A stretch of 64,000 bases of DNA from Eledone cirrhosa (taxonomy: Eukaryota): NCBI GenBank assembly GCA_964016885.1, contig OZ024756.1, positions 24,986,001 through 25,050,000 on the forward strand. Direction: 5' to 3'. The notes under the pieces are model-generated. The model saw only the letters and a program-made list of their open reading frames with translations, did no database searches and was not told the origin of the DNA. This document shows positions 63,305 through 64,000 of the stretch, one piece after another. Within the stretch, counting starts at the first letter, position 1, and each line of letters starts with the position of its first letter. The position numbers and the translations under genes are program-made.

Positions 63305-64000
63305 GGGCAATTATTCAAAACCTGAAACTAATTAGAAACAATAAAAATATGAAACAAAGTAAAGAAGGCCAGAGAGAGATTTTCCTTACATAGAATCCAG
63401 CCGGCAAACAGCTTGACGAGGAAATCTGGTGGATCGCAGGATGGGAATGGAATCTTGAGGATATATAGCGATGCTGTATAGGAAAGAAAAGCCCAGAATG
63501 TCCCTACTATTAAGAAGTTGTAACCCCAGAGAACGATAAAGGCTGGCAAAGGGCCCAAAATTTCCAGAACGTAAAGATATATTCCACCGCAAGCGGGAAA
63601 CATGGCTGCCAATTCGAGAGTGACTAAGGCTTGTAAGAGGTTACCCAACCCACCAACTAACCAAATTATCAATGATGTACCGATTGACCCCGAATTTTTA
63701 AAAATGGCCGTCGGGGAGATGAAAATCGATACGTGACCTATTATAGCGACCAATAAACTCACACTAGTAACCAAACTAATGCTTTTCTTCAGTCCTATAC
63801 TCTCCTGGCGAGGAAGAGGAAGAGGGGAAGAAGAAGAAGGAGGTGGTTTCTGTTGTTGTAACGGGATGGTCTTTAGACTTGTGTTCCTTATAGTGCTAAT
63901 TTCAGGTTGGGTGGAGGAACCACCAGGCAGTGAACCATAATCCCTGTCAGGAATGAATGCCTGGTTATGATAGACCTCTTTCCCCTCCTGGATTTCATTC
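42555..64000 (-). CDS. SLC7-family (LAT/y+LAT/b0,+-like) amino acid transporter light chain, 5' end outside window
   Basis: complement join(63390->64000,59826-59951,56996-57095,55392-55436,47891-48014,47114-47217,46746-46842,45686-45835,43330-43507,42555-42607); all GT-AG and in phase. Motifs LKKSI, IFISP, ELAAMFP.CGG.Y.Y, PFPSC (heavy-chain Cys), FSYGGW, EEMKN..RDLPRAI, NVAYY, RPYKV. Exact paralogue not assignable. Confidence 0.92.
43330..43507 (-). CDS. SLC7 exon ([10 protein letters not shown]...IPVYW...[11 protein letters not shown])
   Basis: CAG/GTAAGG; TM11-12. Confidence 0.88.
45686..45835 (-). CDS. SLC7 exon (CIWAFIMLF...[12 protein letters not shown])
   Basis: CAG/GTAAAA. Confidence 0.9.
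46746..46842 (-). CDS. SLC7 exon ([12 protein letters not shown]...[11 protein letters not shown])
   Basis: CAG/GTAAGT; RL.F..A..GH.P...TP motif. Confidence 0.91.
47114..47217 (-). CDS. SLC7 exon ([34 protein letters not shown])
   Basis: CAG/GTAAGT; TM8. Confidence 0.9.
47891..48014 (-). CDS. SLC7 exon ([11 protein letters not shown]...NVAYY...SVAL)
   Basis: CAG/GTGAGT. Confidence 0.92.
49090..52535. repeat. ~3.4-kb intronic satellite, unit CAGGCAGCCAATCACA(C/T)AGACAGTCAGACATA(CA)n, roughly 40-54 bp
   Basis: about 75 units by length estimate; variation mostly in the CA tract. Confidence 0.95.
54440..54945 (+). mobile_element. RTE-like LINE fragment with (AAG)n tail
   Basis: [10 protein letters not shown]...[10 protein letters not shown]...VEKFKYL...GRRPSGRP; antisense relatives at ~17090-17290 and ~37620-37990. 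Confidence 0.8.
55392..55436 (-). CDS. SLC7 45-nt exon ([14 protein letters not shown])
   Basis: CAG/GTAAAT; EE.KN motif, phases match both neighbours. Confidence 0.87.
56996..57095 (-). CDS. SLC7 exon (GIENFKEPF...[12 protein letters not shown])
   Basis: CAG/GTATG; TM6 F.YGGW motif. Confidence 0.92.
57605..58330 (+). mobile_element. Old Penelope-like remnant: degenerate inverted repeat plus decayed hammerhead-like motifs
   Basis: 57612-57670 is the approximate reverse complement of 57755-57812; CCGATGACGGAG...CTCCAAAA (~57851) and CCGAAGAAGGGCTAAAGCCTGACA (~58252); follows (TA)n. Confidence 0.4.
58690..59320 (+). mobile_element. CRE-clade (REL endonuclease) non-LTR retrotransposon 3' fragment, frameshifted
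   Basis: zinc-knuckle remnant then RH.ALSE.IK...[20 protein letters not shown]...K..KY...AV.TSG; PD-(D/E)XK-type endonuclease. Confidence 0.8.
59307..59762 (+). repeat. Four near-perfect 114-bp tandem copies of the CRE element 3' terminus
   Basis: units start at 59307, 59421, 59535, 59649; each ends in TGTATAT. Confidence 0.92.
59826..59951 (-). CDS. SLC7 exon ([35 protein letters not shown]...)
   Basis: CAG/GTAAG; conserved TM5 Lys. Confidence 0.9.
61020..61670 (+). mobile_element. Second CRE-clade non-LTR 3' fragment
   Basis: [10 protein letters not shown]; CRCG...H.LSC zinc knuckle; [10 protein letters not shown]; [20 protein letters not shown]; KY; PLAVETSG; ends at (TG)n. Confidence 0.85.
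61868..62545. repeat. (TATG)n tetranucleotide tract with GTTG/GAAT variants
   Basis: direct inspection. Confidence 0.95.
63390..64000 (-). CDS. SLC7 large first visible exon (N-terminal tail, TM1-TM4); frame open to the window edge
   Basis: [15 protein letters not shown]...[27 protein letters not shown]...FAGWIL, donor GTAAGG. Confidence 0.9.

Overview
AT-rich, microsatellite- and transposon-dense eukaryotic genomic DNA, most likely coleoid cephalopod (octopus-like SINE content; taxon is an inference). Three spliced protein-coding genes can be reconstructed by hand. (1) MPHOSPH6/MPP6, minus strand, 5 exons, 158 aa, 14135-20371. (2) DHODH, plus strand, 9 exons, 394 aa, 20699-38717; it lies head-to-head with MPHOSPH6 across a 327-bp gap and needs a GC-AG last intron. 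(3) An SLC7 heteromeric amino-acid-transporter light chain, minus strand, at least 10 exons, 42555 to beyond 64000, with an atypical TM1 motif. The rest is CORE-type and Nin-like tRNA SINEs, RTE/CR1/CRE LINE fragments, TTAA piggyBac-type MITEs, a mariner remnant, a probable solo LTR, satellites and simple repeats. The most striking unannotated signal is a set of short elements embedded in (TA)n tracts that are partly palindromic and carry hammerhead-ribozyme motifs, as in Penelope-like pLTRs. One has an intact type I hammerhead inside a perfect 430-bp palindrome, and several fold back at the ribozyme core or stem II. Almost all other entries in the ORF track are microsatellite artefacts.
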